From Hormiphora californensis (Eukaryota; Animalia; Ctenophora), in assembly GCA_020137815.1 (NCBI GenBank), contig CM035356.1, positions 7,812,001 to 7,876,000 of the forward strand: DNA of 64,000 bases. The letters are read 5' to 3'. Within the stretch, counting starts at the first letter, position 1. Each line of letters opens with the position of its first letter. Below, piece after piece: positions 11,201-24,900 of the stretch. A program made the translations under genes and the position numbers. The notes under the pieces are model-generated. The model was given only the letters and a program-made list of their open reading frames with translations, did not search any database and had not been told where the DNA came from.

Positions 11201-14200
11201 TCGAAACACGATTCGGTCTGGGTGGTTTACCTTAGAAAAAGTTTTTACAACTTTTTTTGAAAAAATAATTTTTAAATTTTGTATTTCTAATGACAGAAGC
11301 AATGATCATGTCATCAATAAATGTATACTATACAGTTAGAGGTGTCTTGGTATAGAATTTTGGACAAAAGTAGGATTTATGGGTCAAATATGCTCTACCC
11401 CGATATACCGGGCACTAGCCTTCCCTATTTGTCCATTCGGAGCTGTTTTGAAACAAAATCTCAAAAATGTGTCCCCTATGATGTCTAGAGGACACCTTTT
11501 ACTGCAATCTGACGACTCGAAAATTTTCGAAGAGTTTGAGTAGCGCTGCCGCAAGCGGCCGGAAATTATGCGAACGTTTGCGAATGTCTGCAATGATTCG
11601 CGATGACTTGCTATACTTTGCTATATCATGCGATTTTATGCGATTTTTTGCGAATTTGGCGGAGAGTATCCGTAATGAATTAGCATTCATTCGCATGAGA
11701 TCGCATAAGATCGCATGAGATCTCATTTAGTAGCAAAACATTGAATTCGTTCGCATTCTATCGCATTTATTAGCAAGTGGTGGCAAACAATCGCATTATG
11801 TCGCAATCGCATTTTATCGCATTTTATCGCAACTATTTGCAATCAATCGCAAACATTTGCATTGGATCGCAAACACTCGCACAATTTTAGGCCGGATGCG
11901 GCAGCTCTGCATTCATTCAAGATGTTATTCTAAGGTGATTCCCCTCTAGTTATGATGTCGTCAACATATTCTAGGGGGCACATTTTTGAATTTCAAAAAT
12001 TTTGATAAATCGGGGTGCCCGGCGGGCACCCCGATTTACCGGTCAAAATGGCTTCCCCCGAGGATCCCGGTAAATCGGGGTCCGACTGTAGGACCCCGAT
12101 TTACCGGAACCCCAACTCACAGGGCAAACCCCCCCCCCCCCCGAGCATTCGGCCGGTAAATCGGTGGTAAATCTAAAATAATGTTATTTTCTAAGGATAA
12201 ACAATTAATTATTGAGACTAATTGCATAATAATGTCATTTTCTAAAGATAATTACATACTATTGATTAATTAATAATTAACTAACCTTCATCACTACGAT
12301 CAGCTCCTTTGAGTGCCGGACGAATTTAAATATTCTGATTATCCGGAACGTTCTACAAACTCTCAGAGCCACGTATCCGTGCTGCTTATCAGTGTCAGGC
12401 GTTGATTTAGACATCAAGTCCGCTATCAGCCCAATGTAGAATGGGAGTATGGATAATAGATCCATGATGTGCATCGGAACAGATAGGAACTTTAGCATGT
12501 TTTTCCAGGAGACGAGGCGCAGGAATAGGTCCACGCTGTAACAAAATATCAAAGATTTAGTTTACCTGAACCTCGGGTTCAGGCCACGGCTAATTTTCCA
12601 CTGAGACCTGAGATCTCAGGTTTCAGCGACGGCTATTCCCTTAAATCTCAGGGAATAGCCGTCAATGAAACCTGTTTCCAGCTAATAGCTGCAGGAAGCA
12701 GGACCCAAGCTGTAACTTTACCTGAAGAAAGCTATTACGATGCTATCCAAGATCAGAAAGAAGGCGTAAAGAGGTTCTGAATCATCTGAGAAGTATATCC
12801 CAATTTCAGGGATCGTTTCGAGGACAAGGAGAGTGAGGGAGATACAGATAAAGATAATATCCACCACTGCCCAAACACATGCCCCGAATGAGTAGTGAGG
12901 GTTGTTCACAAACTCTCGTATCTGAAACAAATATATTGGGAATATATCATTCCTTTTATTAAAATCAAATGAAATAGCTGTGCAACGGAAAAAATTAATT
13001 ATTAATTATTAATTGATTAATAATTAATAAACATGCAGTGTGTTTATTGATAAACATAAACAAGTGTTTATGATCAGTACCCTTTGTTTAAGTGTTGTTG
13101 GAGCTGCAGCTACTGGTTCTTCATTCGTCCCAACAAATATCTTCTCCATTGAAATCTTAAAAAACTCCAGTTCCGTATTTACTACGTCCTGAAAATTAAA
13201 CAATTTTAGTTAAATTATGGTTAATTTATTCAGTAATGAAATATCTGAGCAGGGAAGAAAATTGAAAAATACTGGGTTTGACCGGGAATTGAACTGCAGG
13301 GACTTTTAGAGATTCATGCTCGAAGCCAGGAACCGACCGACACAAGTAAACAACCAATCAGAACTCGTTATTTAGGTCACGTGACTGGTTATCAGCCAAT
13401 CAGGGACCAGTACTTCCTGATTCGGTCGGTTCCTGCTCGAAGCCACTACCAAATATTTACTTTACTTCATTTTACCTCATCAATGTTAGTAGGTGGTTTG
13501 AACATTCCTTTTGACTGATAAAAGTAGAGGATCGCGTCAAACATGGATCTATTCCTAAAAAGAACAAAAACTAAATTGGTTGCCATGCCATGGTTGCAGC
13601 TGTTTCTTCAAGTCAATGTTGGAAGGTAGGTTGGAATATCCTAACAAGTGTACAAGCTTGTGGAACTATCATACGGTCCTATGAACTCCTAATACCCAAA
13701 TTCTACAAATGAAAACATAGAAAACCTTGAATACTAGCTCGACCCCTTTTCACCCTCGACAGGAGGGTTAGAACATAACATAACCTCACCTGTTGAAGTA
13801 GTACATGCCGAGAGTGGGATGAAAGAACTGTTCCCGCTCTGAAGAACCGAGTAGGGTCTCAGGAAAGTAGGCCAGAGTACTCTCACGAGTGATGTAAACA
13901 GAACCACAAACGTTTATATAAATTAACTTATCTTTTCTTACTTTCTACAGGAGTAATTGTTTTAAATTATTTGGAATATTATTATTTGGAATATTATTCA
14001 ATTATAATAAACTATGATAATGAATAATATTAAAAACATTAATTACTTTTTCTGTTGGTGACACCAGGTCTGTCTCCTCATCTTCAAACTCCTCCTGTTG
14101 ATCCATGTCCTCCTCAACAATCCGGGCCATTGTATTATGGTTACCATGGTTACCAAGCATCATCACCTGGTTACCTTGCATCATCATTACCTGCTGTTGC

Positions 14201-14494
14201 TGCCCATTGGAAGCCTGCAGGTACTGGCAATGTTGTAACTCATGGGCTCTGGAACTGAAGAATAAATAGAGCGATGAAAAAACGCATTCGTCATGTAAAA
14301 AATTACAGTCGCACCCCGATTTACCGGGATCCGGGGAAATGGTTTTACCCGGTAAATCGGGGTACCCGGTATATCGGGGTCAAATATATCGGTAGAATTT
14401 ATACTGCTGGTAAATCGGGGACCGGGGTCCAACTAGAACTGTACCTGGTTTGATAGGTATTATGAAGGGGAGTTTCGGTCCACCCACCTTCCAT
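8245..14494 (-). CDS. Shaker-family voltage-gated K+ channel, 10 coding exons: 14445-14494, 14047-14253, 13790-13944, 13476-13554, 13081-13188, 12722-12921, 12286-12535, 10477-10611, 8514-8671, 8245-8388
   Basis: T1 domain (LIYINVCGSVYITRESTLAYFPETLLG...YYFNRNRSMFDAILYFYQS); S3 IMDLLSILPFYI; S4 LRVCRTFRIIRIFKFVRHS; pore GCWWAVVTITTVGYGD; S6 ILALPMTIIVSKF. All junctions are phase-consistent. Confidence 0.93.
8753..10299. mobile_element. Foldback/Mutator-like non-autonomous element, 9-bp TSD ACCACTGCC
   Basis: Long inverted arms starting ggcaattttgcatttgcgggcatcgcactatagacg and rich in tatagacgcat subrepeats. TSD at 8744-8752 and 10300-10308. Confidence 0.92.
10745..12088. mobile_element. Longer member of the gaccccgattta MITE family, with nested palindromic insertions (~11430-12000 and ~11535-11920)
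   Basis: Ends ggaccccgatttaccgg / ccggtaaatcggggtccgactg. Internal sequence is shared in inverted form with 15726-16568. Confidence 0.7.
13327..13435. mobile_element. 109-bp hAT-type MITE, 8-bp TSD CTCGAAGC; partial copies at 1151-1237 and 40428-40467
   Basis: TIR caggaaccgaccga/tcggtcggttcctg flanked by identical 8-mers. Confidence 0.9.
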
Positions 14495-14989
14495 GGTCAG
14501 GTGCTATACTAGAGTTCGTTCATTTTACATGATACACCTTTGGAAATTGGGGATCGGGAACTATTGCTACTGCTAAATGAACTTAATGTAAAGGGTATCA
14601 TCGAAGACTAAAAAGTATCATGGCCGAGGACTAAAAAGTATCATAGGGCTGTTAGTAGAGTCGATAACTACATCGACCTCTCCCAATTGTTCCAGTTTTT
14701 GTCACATCAGTTTGGAGCCTCGACACGACCTCTAAACAGGTGTTACTTTTTCACAAACTGTTTTCATCTTGGTGTAATCAGCAGTTGAAATGTTGTTGAT
14801 CATAACAAAAACCTGACTAAATTTTTTCAACTTGGGGTAAAACCATGGGTGTCAAAAGTTAGCTCTAGGTCCCCTGAGTAACCATCCGGAGACTCCAAGA
14901 GATATTTCAAGCCGTTCTCCTGTAATCATTAATCCCGCTAGAGCACATATTTGAGTATGGACGTACGTGCAATTGCCTACAACCTCAAC

Positions 14990-15651
14990 TATGGTGGGAG
15001 AAATGGCTCACCCTATATTTTTTACTACTTTACAACAACAAATGTCTTTAACTTACATTATAACCTGTAAATAGATTTAAAATACACTTCAAACTAGTTT
15101 TGAAATAGAAATATAAATAGAATAGAGATGAAAATAGAATAGAAATAAAAGTAGAAATAGAATAGAAATAGAATAGAAAAAAAATAGAAATAAAATAGAA
15201 ATAAAAATAAAAATAGAATAGAAATCGAAATAGAAATTGAAATAGTTTTGAAACAGCTCGAAACCGCGTGGTAGTTTCGGCTCATGTGGCTCACCTTGGT
15301 GTAGCGCTATCGCGCAAAGATTATCAGAACTATGTACCCGCGCGCTACGTCAAGTACTCAGATTTTCTGCACAATTGTGCACAATTGTCCCCTAAGGCAA
15401 AACTGTGCGTTTCGTTAAGAAGAACAAGAGTTTTTCAATTAATAATAATAATAATACTAATGGATTAATGAAAAGACAGGCCGGAATGCAGTTTGTAACT
15501 TAAAAACCAGCCAGTTTGATTGTCTGTTACACCTTGAGTTACGAATAGAACAGTCTCGTCCACACATCCAAATTTCTGTTGCTTATTCTCACCCAGGCGA
15601 TCAATGTTTAAAACTTGCCAAGATCCCGGAATCAACCCGTGTATCTTGGGG
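14990..15651 (+). repeat. Left terminal inverted repeat (662 bp)
   Basis: Reverse complement of 29992-30653 with only a few substitutions; mirrored ORFs 15094/30349 and 15268/30175 differ at 1-2 aa. Confidence 0.97.
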
Positions 15652-15725
15652 AAAAGGAAATTGTGTTAGAGAATAAAGATACTAAAGATAAATTGATATG
15701 ATAGATCATAGATTGAGCTGTGTTA

Positions 15726-16568
15726 CAGTCGGACCCCGATTTAACGGCACCCTCGGGGGAAAGGGTTTTGTCCGTTAAATCGGGGTGTCCGTTAAATCGG
15801 GGTAGAGCATATATTTGGCCCATAAAACCCTATTTTTGTCCAAAATGCTGTACTAAAACTCCTCTAAGTGTTAAATGCAATGTCCATGTATTGATTACAT
15901 AATCATTTCTGATTAGAAAAAGAAAGTAATTTCAAAATAATTTCAAAATACGTTATAAAAATTTTCTAAGGTACCATATCAACCACGTCCGAATCGTTTA
16001 TCGAATCAGTGCATCTTATCGCACGTCTTGCTGCTAATTAGACGAACCGATACGTGATACCATGCCGAATCGGGGCACTTTAAGCGGGGTGAGGAAGAAT
16101 TTGAATTTCAAAATATATTGTTCTCTGAAAATTCATGAGGAGCACCGATCAAAGCATTGACAATCATTCTGTAAAATTTTGCAAAAAAAGTTATGAAAAT
16201 TTTTCAAAGGTATATCAACCACGTCCGAATCGTGTTTCGAATCAGTGCATTTTATCGCACGTCCTGTCGCTAATTAGACGGTTCGAAACGAACCGATACG
16301 TGATCCCCATGAGGCCAGTTTAACAAGCGTCAAAATTGCGATTCGATGGGCCTCATGGGGATCACATATCTGTTCGTTTTGAACCGTCTAATTACCGGCA
16401 AGACATGCAATAAGATGCACCGATTCGAAACACGATTCGGACGTGGTTTTTCAAAATAATTTCAAAAAAAAATTTCAAAAAAAATTTCAAAAAATTTTGG
16501 GGGAAATTTATCCTGCCGTTAAATCGGGGTGCCGCTAAATCGGGGGCCGTTAAATCGGGGTCCGACTG
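15726..16568. mobile_element. Tc1/mariner(pogo)-type non-autonomous element nested in the giant transposon
   Basis: TA|cagtcggaccccgatttaacgg...ccgttaaatcggggtccgactg|TA, same TIR as 2188-2359. Confidence 0.88.
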
Positions 16569-17365
16569 TATTAACACACATATCCATACATATTAAATCT
16601 ACCTGGTAGGAAGGTCATCATCTTGTTGTTCCCGTATTCCATTATAGATTGCACCGTTTATTCAACAAAGCGTTATGTCCTGATTCCCAAGTGATTAGTT
16701 CTCATTGTCTCGTCAAGGGAGCTGGAAAAATGTAGTACCTGTATAAAGAGGGATTGTAAACTAAAATTGTATGCTGATGAATGATGGCCCTATTAGCTAA
16801 GCTACCTAAACTAACTTCGAATTTTAGAAAATGAAATAACATGCATATTTTTAGGCCATATAGGTCATATTCATATATGAGCCAATAAATCCCATTTATA
16901 GGTTGTAATTAATAAACCAATGGTTGTTATATTTTAATCCTCTATAAAACATCCAAGTAATCAGCACTCAAGTTTACCTCTTAATCCGGATCGTCAGTAA
17001 ACCGATTAAGTTGGCATTGTACAGCTCTCCCTGAACAGTCATCATGCTATACCTCTACAGTGGAAGCTGGAGTTAGTGCTGAATTCGAAATGGGTCCAAG
17101 AGTCATTGGGAGGTGTGCAGGTACGCACGGGGAGGTGTGTGAAGGTGTGGGGAGGTACGGGGAGGTGTGGGGAGGCTTTGGGAGGTTTGGGGAGGCACGA
17201 TGAGGTGTGGACAAGAGTAGGACAAAACTTTTTGTAGAATAATTTTGAATTCATAAAAATTAGTGTATTTTAATGGTAAATGTATTTTAATGGTAAATGT
17301 ATTTTAATGGTAAGTGTATTTTAATGGTAAGTGTCAATTATGAAACAACTGTTTGTTATCAGGTT

Positions 17366-20300
17366 CTACAAAATTAATGGTGTGTCATCAGACACGCTGC
17401 CACTGCCAGCGGGTGATTCTATGATAGAGTCATCGGAGCCTAATAGGAAGCAGATTTCGCCACACTTGTGCCACTCCATGAAATTGTCCATAGCCTCTGC
17501 CGCAAAGTTGCCCGTTTTAAATTGTGCCTTATCGGAGCACCATTCCGCATCGATCATCATGTCCCCCACACCCTGGATATCAGTGATGATATAATTTCGG
17601 CTGGAGTGGACAACTGTCCAATGGACAAATGCCTCGAGTGCCAGTCCAAAACTTTGGGGAGCTTCTTCGCCGTCCACCCTCTTTCCGTCGTTTGTTATCA
17701 CCTTCCACGGCAATCCTTCATGGAATGGCTCCACTTCCACAACCTCCTTGGTATCCTCAAAGACGCCTAGCCAGCTCATGGTATATTTGAGACGTTCTGG
17801 TCTTCCGTTAGATATGAGGAGGGCCGTGAACTCGTCCACCAAAGGCCTGACCAAAGCGTCCAAATGAATTTCGAGCTCCCGCTCCTTGTCTGTGTTTGTA
17901 TCGAAAGTCTGGTGCCGTTTTATTCCATGCTCGTGATACCGTTTTATAACTACAAACTTTTGGGCCGCTTCCGAGATTACTTTTGCTTTTTTAGCTTCTC
18001 GGAAGCCCCCTGACCCCACAACCCCCTCCTCAACTACCCGCAGATATCCATCCCCTTCAAATTCCCCCTTTATCCTTGACCATTTTCTGAGTTCCAGTTT
18101 CCCCCCTGTCTCCCCATTTCCCGCTGCTATAACCTCGGAAACTGTGACCTTCCTTTTCGGCATGAGGGAATATGTGAGCTGACGAGGCCTCTTGGAGACA
18201 GAGCATGATGGTGTATCAGAGGAGGAAGATTTACCAGATGGATAAATGGATGGGGATTTACCAGAAAAAGCACTAGCCCCCGAAACGGATGATCCCGAAA
18301 AGCCTGCTCTAGATGTACCAGCTGCAGGCACAGGAACCCGTGGAGGTGCAGCACCATGTGTTGATGGACGAACAAAATTCCCCAGATTTCCACCTCGGTC
18401 AACTAACTCCTTACCTACCAGATAATAAATCTTCTTCCCTGGGAGAGTGTTTTGAGTGTGTTAATGAGTGTTTTGAAGGGGGTGGGGAGGCAAGCATAGG
18501 AAAACATCATCGAGTTCTATCTAGGCCATGATACTTTTCTTTATACGGCAGGGCGCTATGTTAAAACATAGATTTGAAATAATCTCAATGAGATTATACT
18601 TTATTCATATTTAGAGCAAAAACTAATTGAAATTAGTTCGCCAGAAAGGTGGCCCATTTTGAACTTACTCCTTCATTTCCGTCACCTTTGAGTTGAGTCT
18701 TCTAAGACATTGAGGTATCCGTAAACTTTTCCGCCTTCAACTCAAAGGTGACGGAAATGAAGGAGTAAGTTCAAAATGGGCCACCTTTCTGGCGAACTAA
18801 TTTCAATTAGTTTTTGCTCTAAATTTGTACTCTTTTTTGGTCGTTTGAGGTCATTTATGACCTCAAACAGCTAAGATAATTGTCAACTAAAGTGTTCAAA
18901 TGTAATTCAAATGTATCCTGGGTTGTAAAAAACTGATTTGACGAAATTTTCAAAATTCGACGTCATTTTGACGTCGTGACGTCACACGTGACGTCACGAC
19001 GACGTAAAAAAATTATGACAGACTATTTGGTCAATGAAGCACTAAACGTGTGAAAAGTTTTAAAGGCCATGGTAGTCAAGAACTGAAGTTATTGCACGAA
19101 ATGTGAGTTTTTTCGTGGATTTTCACATCACATTTTTGAGTTCCGACGCGTTTTAAGGTCTAAAAATTACAAGTTAGAGAAATTCGCAATATGGTATCTT
19201 AAAGTTCAGACAATTTGTCACTAACGATTTTCCATCAAATCAGGAATCAGAATACGTCTTGAGGGTGTTAGAGGCGTTTGAAGATATTTGGTCTGAGATT
19301 TTTCAATGACGTCACTTTGTGACGTCATTACGGTCGTCATAGTGAACATTTTCACTCGTAATCTTAATTAATGCATGCCCCAAACGATTTGCTAACGGAT
19401 AAAACTTGGTTCAAGCCTCTAGCTAGTATGGTTCGAGCTACAAGTGTTACACAGTGAAGCGTCTATCTATATACCTATCGCCACACTGAATTTTCTGTTT
19501 TGGGGGTGGTGTCATAACTTGCGAACGGAATGAGCTAGCCACTTCAAATTTTTACCTTCAGTAGAGGTCTATGTGAAGCTTCTTAGTACCAAATTTCAGC
19601 CTCCTGGCTCATCTGGTTCCGGAGTTAGGAGGGGTCGAAAAGTGCCAATATGGGCTAAAACTTCAAAATTGTTATATCTACGCTGTTGGCAAGCGGGCCC
19701 ACTTTTTCGGGAAAAGTTTTTGGGGGGATGGGATGGGGCCACCTTTGCGCTTGCCAGCGCAGTGATGGGTGACGATCCCCCCTACCGGATTATACTGTAA
19801 CAAACTAAAAATGTGTACTATCAGACCATTAACCAGCATGCAACACTTTTACTCACCTTTGGTCACGGCGTGCACGTCTTCGTCGTCTACAAATCTCGAG
19901 CCTTTCAACGTGTAATACAAAACTATTTCACCTTTCCCAATAGCAGTAGTCAGACTATTCACAAAAGTAACGATATCTGAAGAAAAATAGCGGAGGTGGT
20001 AGTAGAGAAAGGGAGAGATCGACGGGTTAAAAAATAAAAATGCATATTTCAATTTTTAGATAGGAAAGACGGACCAATTGACGTGCTTATTCTTTGTGGA
20101 GGCCGGGGGGTTCGATTAAGGTTTCTGTTCTATGCTATAAAAATCTAAAATTGAAGTCAACCGGCCAACCTCCTCCATTCATAATCACTATTTTATGCAC
20201 ATTTTTGTGATTATATAACCACTTTATTTTATTGGCTATTACTGAACTTACTTGTACAGTCTGCAATATACTTGTTCTCTAAACCAGTTTGCTGTAGACT

Positions 20301-20399
20301 TGCCGGGCCCTTCTGAATAACTTCTGCAGCCAGGACATTTTTCTTTGTACCGATGTCTTTCATTCTTGCCTTCACCGTAAAATTTCTGAATTTCGACAT
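17366..20399 (-). CDS. Alpha-kinase (eEF2K/MHCK family) with an N-terminal putative beta-grasp domain; exons 20252-20399, 19857-19976, 17366-18438; 446 aa
   Basis: Motifs GSGGFREAKK, VVIKRY, EVEPFHEG.PWK.ITND, EAFVHWT, ITDIQGVG.MMIDAE, GNF, Zn site HKCGEIC. Two phase-1 introns join an open frame. Confidence 0.9.
18609..18824. repeat. Perfect hairpin, 88-bp arms and 40-bp loop
   Basis: 18609-18696 is the exact reverse complement of 18737-18824. Confidence 0.95.
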
Positions 20400-20691
20400 T
20401 ATCAGAAGTCACTACGTGGAGAGGTTCTGTTATGTTATTGATTTTAGAATGACCACACTGCAGACCAGCATTTGGAAACGATAGTCGGTAACATATTTAT
20501 GACGCAAAACTGCGAACAGTGAACAGTGAACTGTCAACCATCATCGAATTTCGAAGCTGTACAAAACAAAACCGGTAAAATACAAATAAGTGTTTAAATT
20601 CTAGAATGAGGCAACTTGTTATTCAATGTCTGAAACAAACTCTCTCCCACCACCGCGAGAACTACCAAACCAACTAAATTCTAGAAAGTGT

Positions 20692-21747
20692 TCATCGCCC
20701 GGTTCGAAATAATCTCCTTAGCCTTTTGTACTCTTCTCCAAGGCAGCTTGCTTTCACTGGACTCTGAAAAATACGTCGAATTAATAGCATTAGTTTGGGG
20801 AAGGAAAGGACAGTTTGTAGCAGGGGAGGGATCGAGTTTGACAAAAATTTAGTAGATAAATTATAAAAGCCAAAAGGGTCAATGGTAGTTCTATTTTGAA
20901 TGGACTGTAATAATCACCAGACCTTCTCTCCCACCCCTATAAAATGAAGAAGCTTCCTTTTGCTTCTCCACTAATTTTCTAATTTTTTGACCTAAATTGA
21001 ACTTATTAAGTTCGCAGTAACCTATCCCGAGCTATCATGTACCATTGGTTGATTGTCTCTGAGAAGACGTTCGATCTCTGGCGTGATTGTCCACTCGTCA
21101 GGATCACTAATGTCAAGGTCATCCACTCCATTCAAAAGGCTATCGATCATTTCTTCTGTCACATCTATTCTTCGATCCTAAAGGAAGGTGCGTGTAATGT
21201 GTATACTGTATAATATACATTGTATATAATAGTGCTCTTGATAGCAAAATGATAAATGATAAAATAAAATTGGAGGACTTATTTCATGTTTGATGTAGGG
21301 TAAGCTGGGGCACTTTGGCCCACCGGGGAAAGTGGCCCATGTATGGGGAAAATTGGCCCTAAGAATAACGTGTGGTCACGTTACTTTTTCTCCAGCGGAG
21401 ACTTGCTCGTTCTGTTCCGGATTTTTGCTTAAAAACCGCTGTAATTTCTGTTTGAGTTGGCCTATTTTAATTTTGCAAAAACTAATACAGTCGGACCCCG
21501 ATTTAGGGACACCCTCAGGGTGTTAGTTAGGTTTTTTATCCTTATCTAAAACCTGGTATAAAAATTTGTAAAAAAACTCAATGTTAAGTTAATTAAATTT
21601 TCAAATTAGTCAAATTGGGGCAAATATGGTCCACTCTCTGGGGCAAAGTCTTTCACCCTGGGGTAAAGTGGTCCACCTCTAGGACCAATGAAATGGAGCT
21701 TGCAATACCATGTGATACCACGTGACATTGGAATGCACTGTGTGTGT

Positions 21748-21806
<59 letters not shown>

Positions 21807-24330
21807 GGGGGGCCACTTTGCCCCCACTATCGGTGTTCTAACAACATCAGTCACGTGATAAAATTGAGCAATGCTATTGGCTTGGACCACTTTGCCGCAG
21901 TGCAAATTTTCCAAAAAAAGCCTCACCAAATTAATTGAATTGATTGAAAATTTAGCTCGGCTGAAAGGAAAACGTCCTGCTGTATAAATTGCGTATTTTA
22001 GAACCTAAAACGTTAAAAATGGGCCACTTTTGCCCCATATATATATTATTATTATTTGTTTACCTCATATGGATCAGGTGGATGATGGTAGAGGTTAAAC
22101 GGTTTTCCTGGTGGAAGACAAGTGTCTTTTTGACTTCTTATCCTGAAAGATGACAATCTAGAATGTTGGGCTTGAGGCGGTCAAGGACTGACCGGGCGGG
22201 TACCGGACAGAAACTCGAACGGACGATAACTCGAACTCGAAAATTTCGGACTACTCACTTTTGAAAATCTCTAATTTAGGTGAGTTATAGTCCGGATCTG
22301 GTGACTTTCTGTCCGCCCCACTATTTATGGTGAGTATAGACTATAGAGTTCAGATGGACATTAAATCACCTCTCATGGGAACTCGAGAATTCGGCCGATA
22401 GGCCGGATACGAGAGTTCACTGGTTTATATTCGTCTTAGTAGTTGTTGTTTGGGTTCGATGTTGTTGGGTTCGATGTTAGGGTTGTATTAGGGTTGGGTT
22501 TTACGGTAAAATCCAGGTGAGTTTTAAATTCGACATTTTGTCCTAGCAAAAAGTCGGAAAAAAATGCGGACAGAAAGTCACCAGGTGCTGTCCAGGTGAG
22601 TTACAGTCCTATCGCCGACCGGGCCGAGATCTCAATTGTGACCTGAGCCGGTTCGGTATTTCTATGAAACATCGTGAAGTGGACTTATAGTCAAAGTATC
22701 TAACCAGATGCACGTATTATGAGTATGGCCGAAGTACACTTACCTATGTAAGTTCCATATGCTCTTGAATGAGTCCAACGCCTCCTGCACTGGTGGGATG
22801 AATATCTTAGCCAATAACTCTCTGTCTTCAATACAGTCTGAATCATAATATCCTGTCTCCGTTAACTCCACAAGCTGATACTTAAAAACGCCTGAAAATA
22901 AATATTGTGCTACAGGTGATCACCCTCATATTGTCAATCAGTCACCTCCAAGTCTCGTATCATTACTATTGGTATTACTGTGTCAGTTTAGAAGAAAATC
23001 GAGTGCGTATGCTCGAATAGTTACATGACCGCAAACAACGATGATTACCTTCGACGTCCTTGATCACCTCTCGCCAGAGACCTTCGATCTTATTAGAAGT
23101 TGATGGCCCATACAGAACTGCAGTCGTGAAGTTGCCAGTAGCCTCGTTCATAAGGTAATTCTGAGACAAATCAAAAGATTTACAACGCTGCAAGCAATTC
23201 CATTCACATAACTTGGGCAGCGTTCAGAGAAAAATTAGGGCCCTATTATAGGAAACAATGCAGTGGGCCAAAAACGAAGTTTTTTTACCTGTATCAAACA
23301 CATTTCGTCCGTTTCTGTACCCCGATCTACACGAAGGTGTTCCGGGATACAACCGTGTTCGCAAACGAGGTTAAGGTAGTACCATCCAATTACGGACTTC
23401 CTTTTGTTACTGGGCATCACCTTCATTTCAAGAATCATCCTCGAAAACGTATCAAGGGTTCTGAAAATAGTCTGTGTAAGTTTTCAATGTACAACAGGTA
23501 CTGTTAAGTTTCATCCTAGGGGCGGGGGGCTAATTTATGAATGGTTTCTAGACGAACTTTAGATGCTCAGCGTAGAGGAGTGCATTGTCAGGTAGGTATC
23601 AGGCATGTGTACAGTATTGCAAAAGTAGGCAGTAATATCGGTATTAAAAAGTGATTTAAAAAAACTTACCCATAGATGTGAATATCGTAAGCCGCCCCAA
23701 ACAGGCCGGACAGCTTGTCGTGGCCATCACAACTCCAACAGAAATTGGGTCCAGGCGAGGCAAAAACTCCTTTCTTCATCCTCTTCTTGCCAGGAGTTCT
23801 TTCATGGACCCCAACAGGGTCAAGCAACGCAACCCCTTTCCGGACTTCATGTAGGGGAACACGTACGTCGTGCTTGAGTCGAAGACGTAAGCTCATCATT
23901 CGGTACCCTGTCCTGTTCGGGGCATCTCCTGAAGTACCCTCCATCGCCTCCTCTAATGCTGGCACTATTTTTACTCTATCTTCCTCTCTCCACTTTTTTA
24001 GATCCCAATGTTTCAGCATTCTGACAATATGAAGTGGATATTAGTAAGAGACACGAGCTTAAAAACATGGACCGCCACCCATTTTCTTGATTTTGTTTTC
24101 TCCTATTTTTGATTTAAATAACGACTAATACGCTAATTTGATGTTTGATATGTTTCACAGTGCAATATTCTGCCGTATTTGGTTGGGTACCTTTTTGTCG
24201 TAGCCATTGACCAGGGATAATCGGGAAACATTTTCCTACCCTCTGAAACGATTTCTTGTCTTGTCAGTCCTCGCTCTCCATACCATTTGTCCAGTTGAAG
24301 CCTGAGTGTCTCGTTGTTCTTCCACGACAT
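20692..24330 (-). CDS. DDE integrase/transposase (IS3/IS481-like core, N-terminal HTH region), 8 exons: 24191-24330, 23670-24020, 23289-23460, 23049-23160, 22744-22891, 22064-22142, 21043-21177, 20692-20763; 402 aa
   Basis: GPNFCWSCDGHDKL (D1), YGTLDTFSR, PEHLRVDRGTET (D2), GPSTSNKIEGLWRE (E), WNLHRIRSQ. Exon lengths sum to 1209 nt with no stop or frameshift. Confidence 0.92.
21740..21803. repeat. (TG)n microsatellite within an intronic repeat
   Basis: Direct reading. Confidence 0.95.
22198..22616. mobile_element. Non-autonomous DNA element with 8-bp TSD GACCGGGC (Merlin-like GG..CC termini) in an integrase intron
   Basis: gaccgggc|gggtaccggacagaaactc ... gagttacagtcctatcgcc|gaccgggc; imperfect TIRs. 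Confidence 0.65.
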
Positions 24331-24580
24331 AGGGGAGAACTAAAGAAATCTTGGAATGTAATCTCTCTATGCTAATCTGATCTAAATTTTTGAAATCTGT
24401 CAAGCACCCGTCCTTGTTCCTGGGGTATTAGTGGGTGATGGTAAACATTCGTAAACATTCGTAAATAAATTTAGTATTGTACACAAAGCTTTAGCTCAAA
24501 AGGAGCCAACACTCAGATGACATGGAAAGTCAGCAGGTTATATGTATCAGCCAAATTACAATGAAAAGCAAAACACATTT

Positions 24581-24900
24581 CTATGATTCGCCCATCTCTT
24601 TAAACACACTGGGGTCATTTCTCCAATCAATCAAGGAGTTACTGTGCTCCACCCGGTAGCCGCAGACAGGTGGCTGGTCGGGAATGGTGGTTAAGTAGGA
24701 CCCAGGGGACTGTTTCAACTCGAGCAGTGATGTTGCCTCTCTCACTGCACGGAGTAGGGAATTCCACAACTGTGCTCCTCTAACACCGAATGATGAGTCA
24801 TAAGGGCCAGATATGGATTTTTGAGCGAGGTAATTGTAACGGGGGACCAATGCTCTGGTACCAAGACTGGTGTGCTCAGTAAACAGGAGACCCGTGCCGT
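24581..24900 (-). mobile_element. 5'-truncated LINE (CR1/L2-like) ORF2 C-terminal fragment
   Basis: YDSSFGVRGAQLWNSL...YLTTIPDQPPVCGY...NSLIDW resembles CR1/L2-clade ORF2 tails. Confidence 0.7.
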
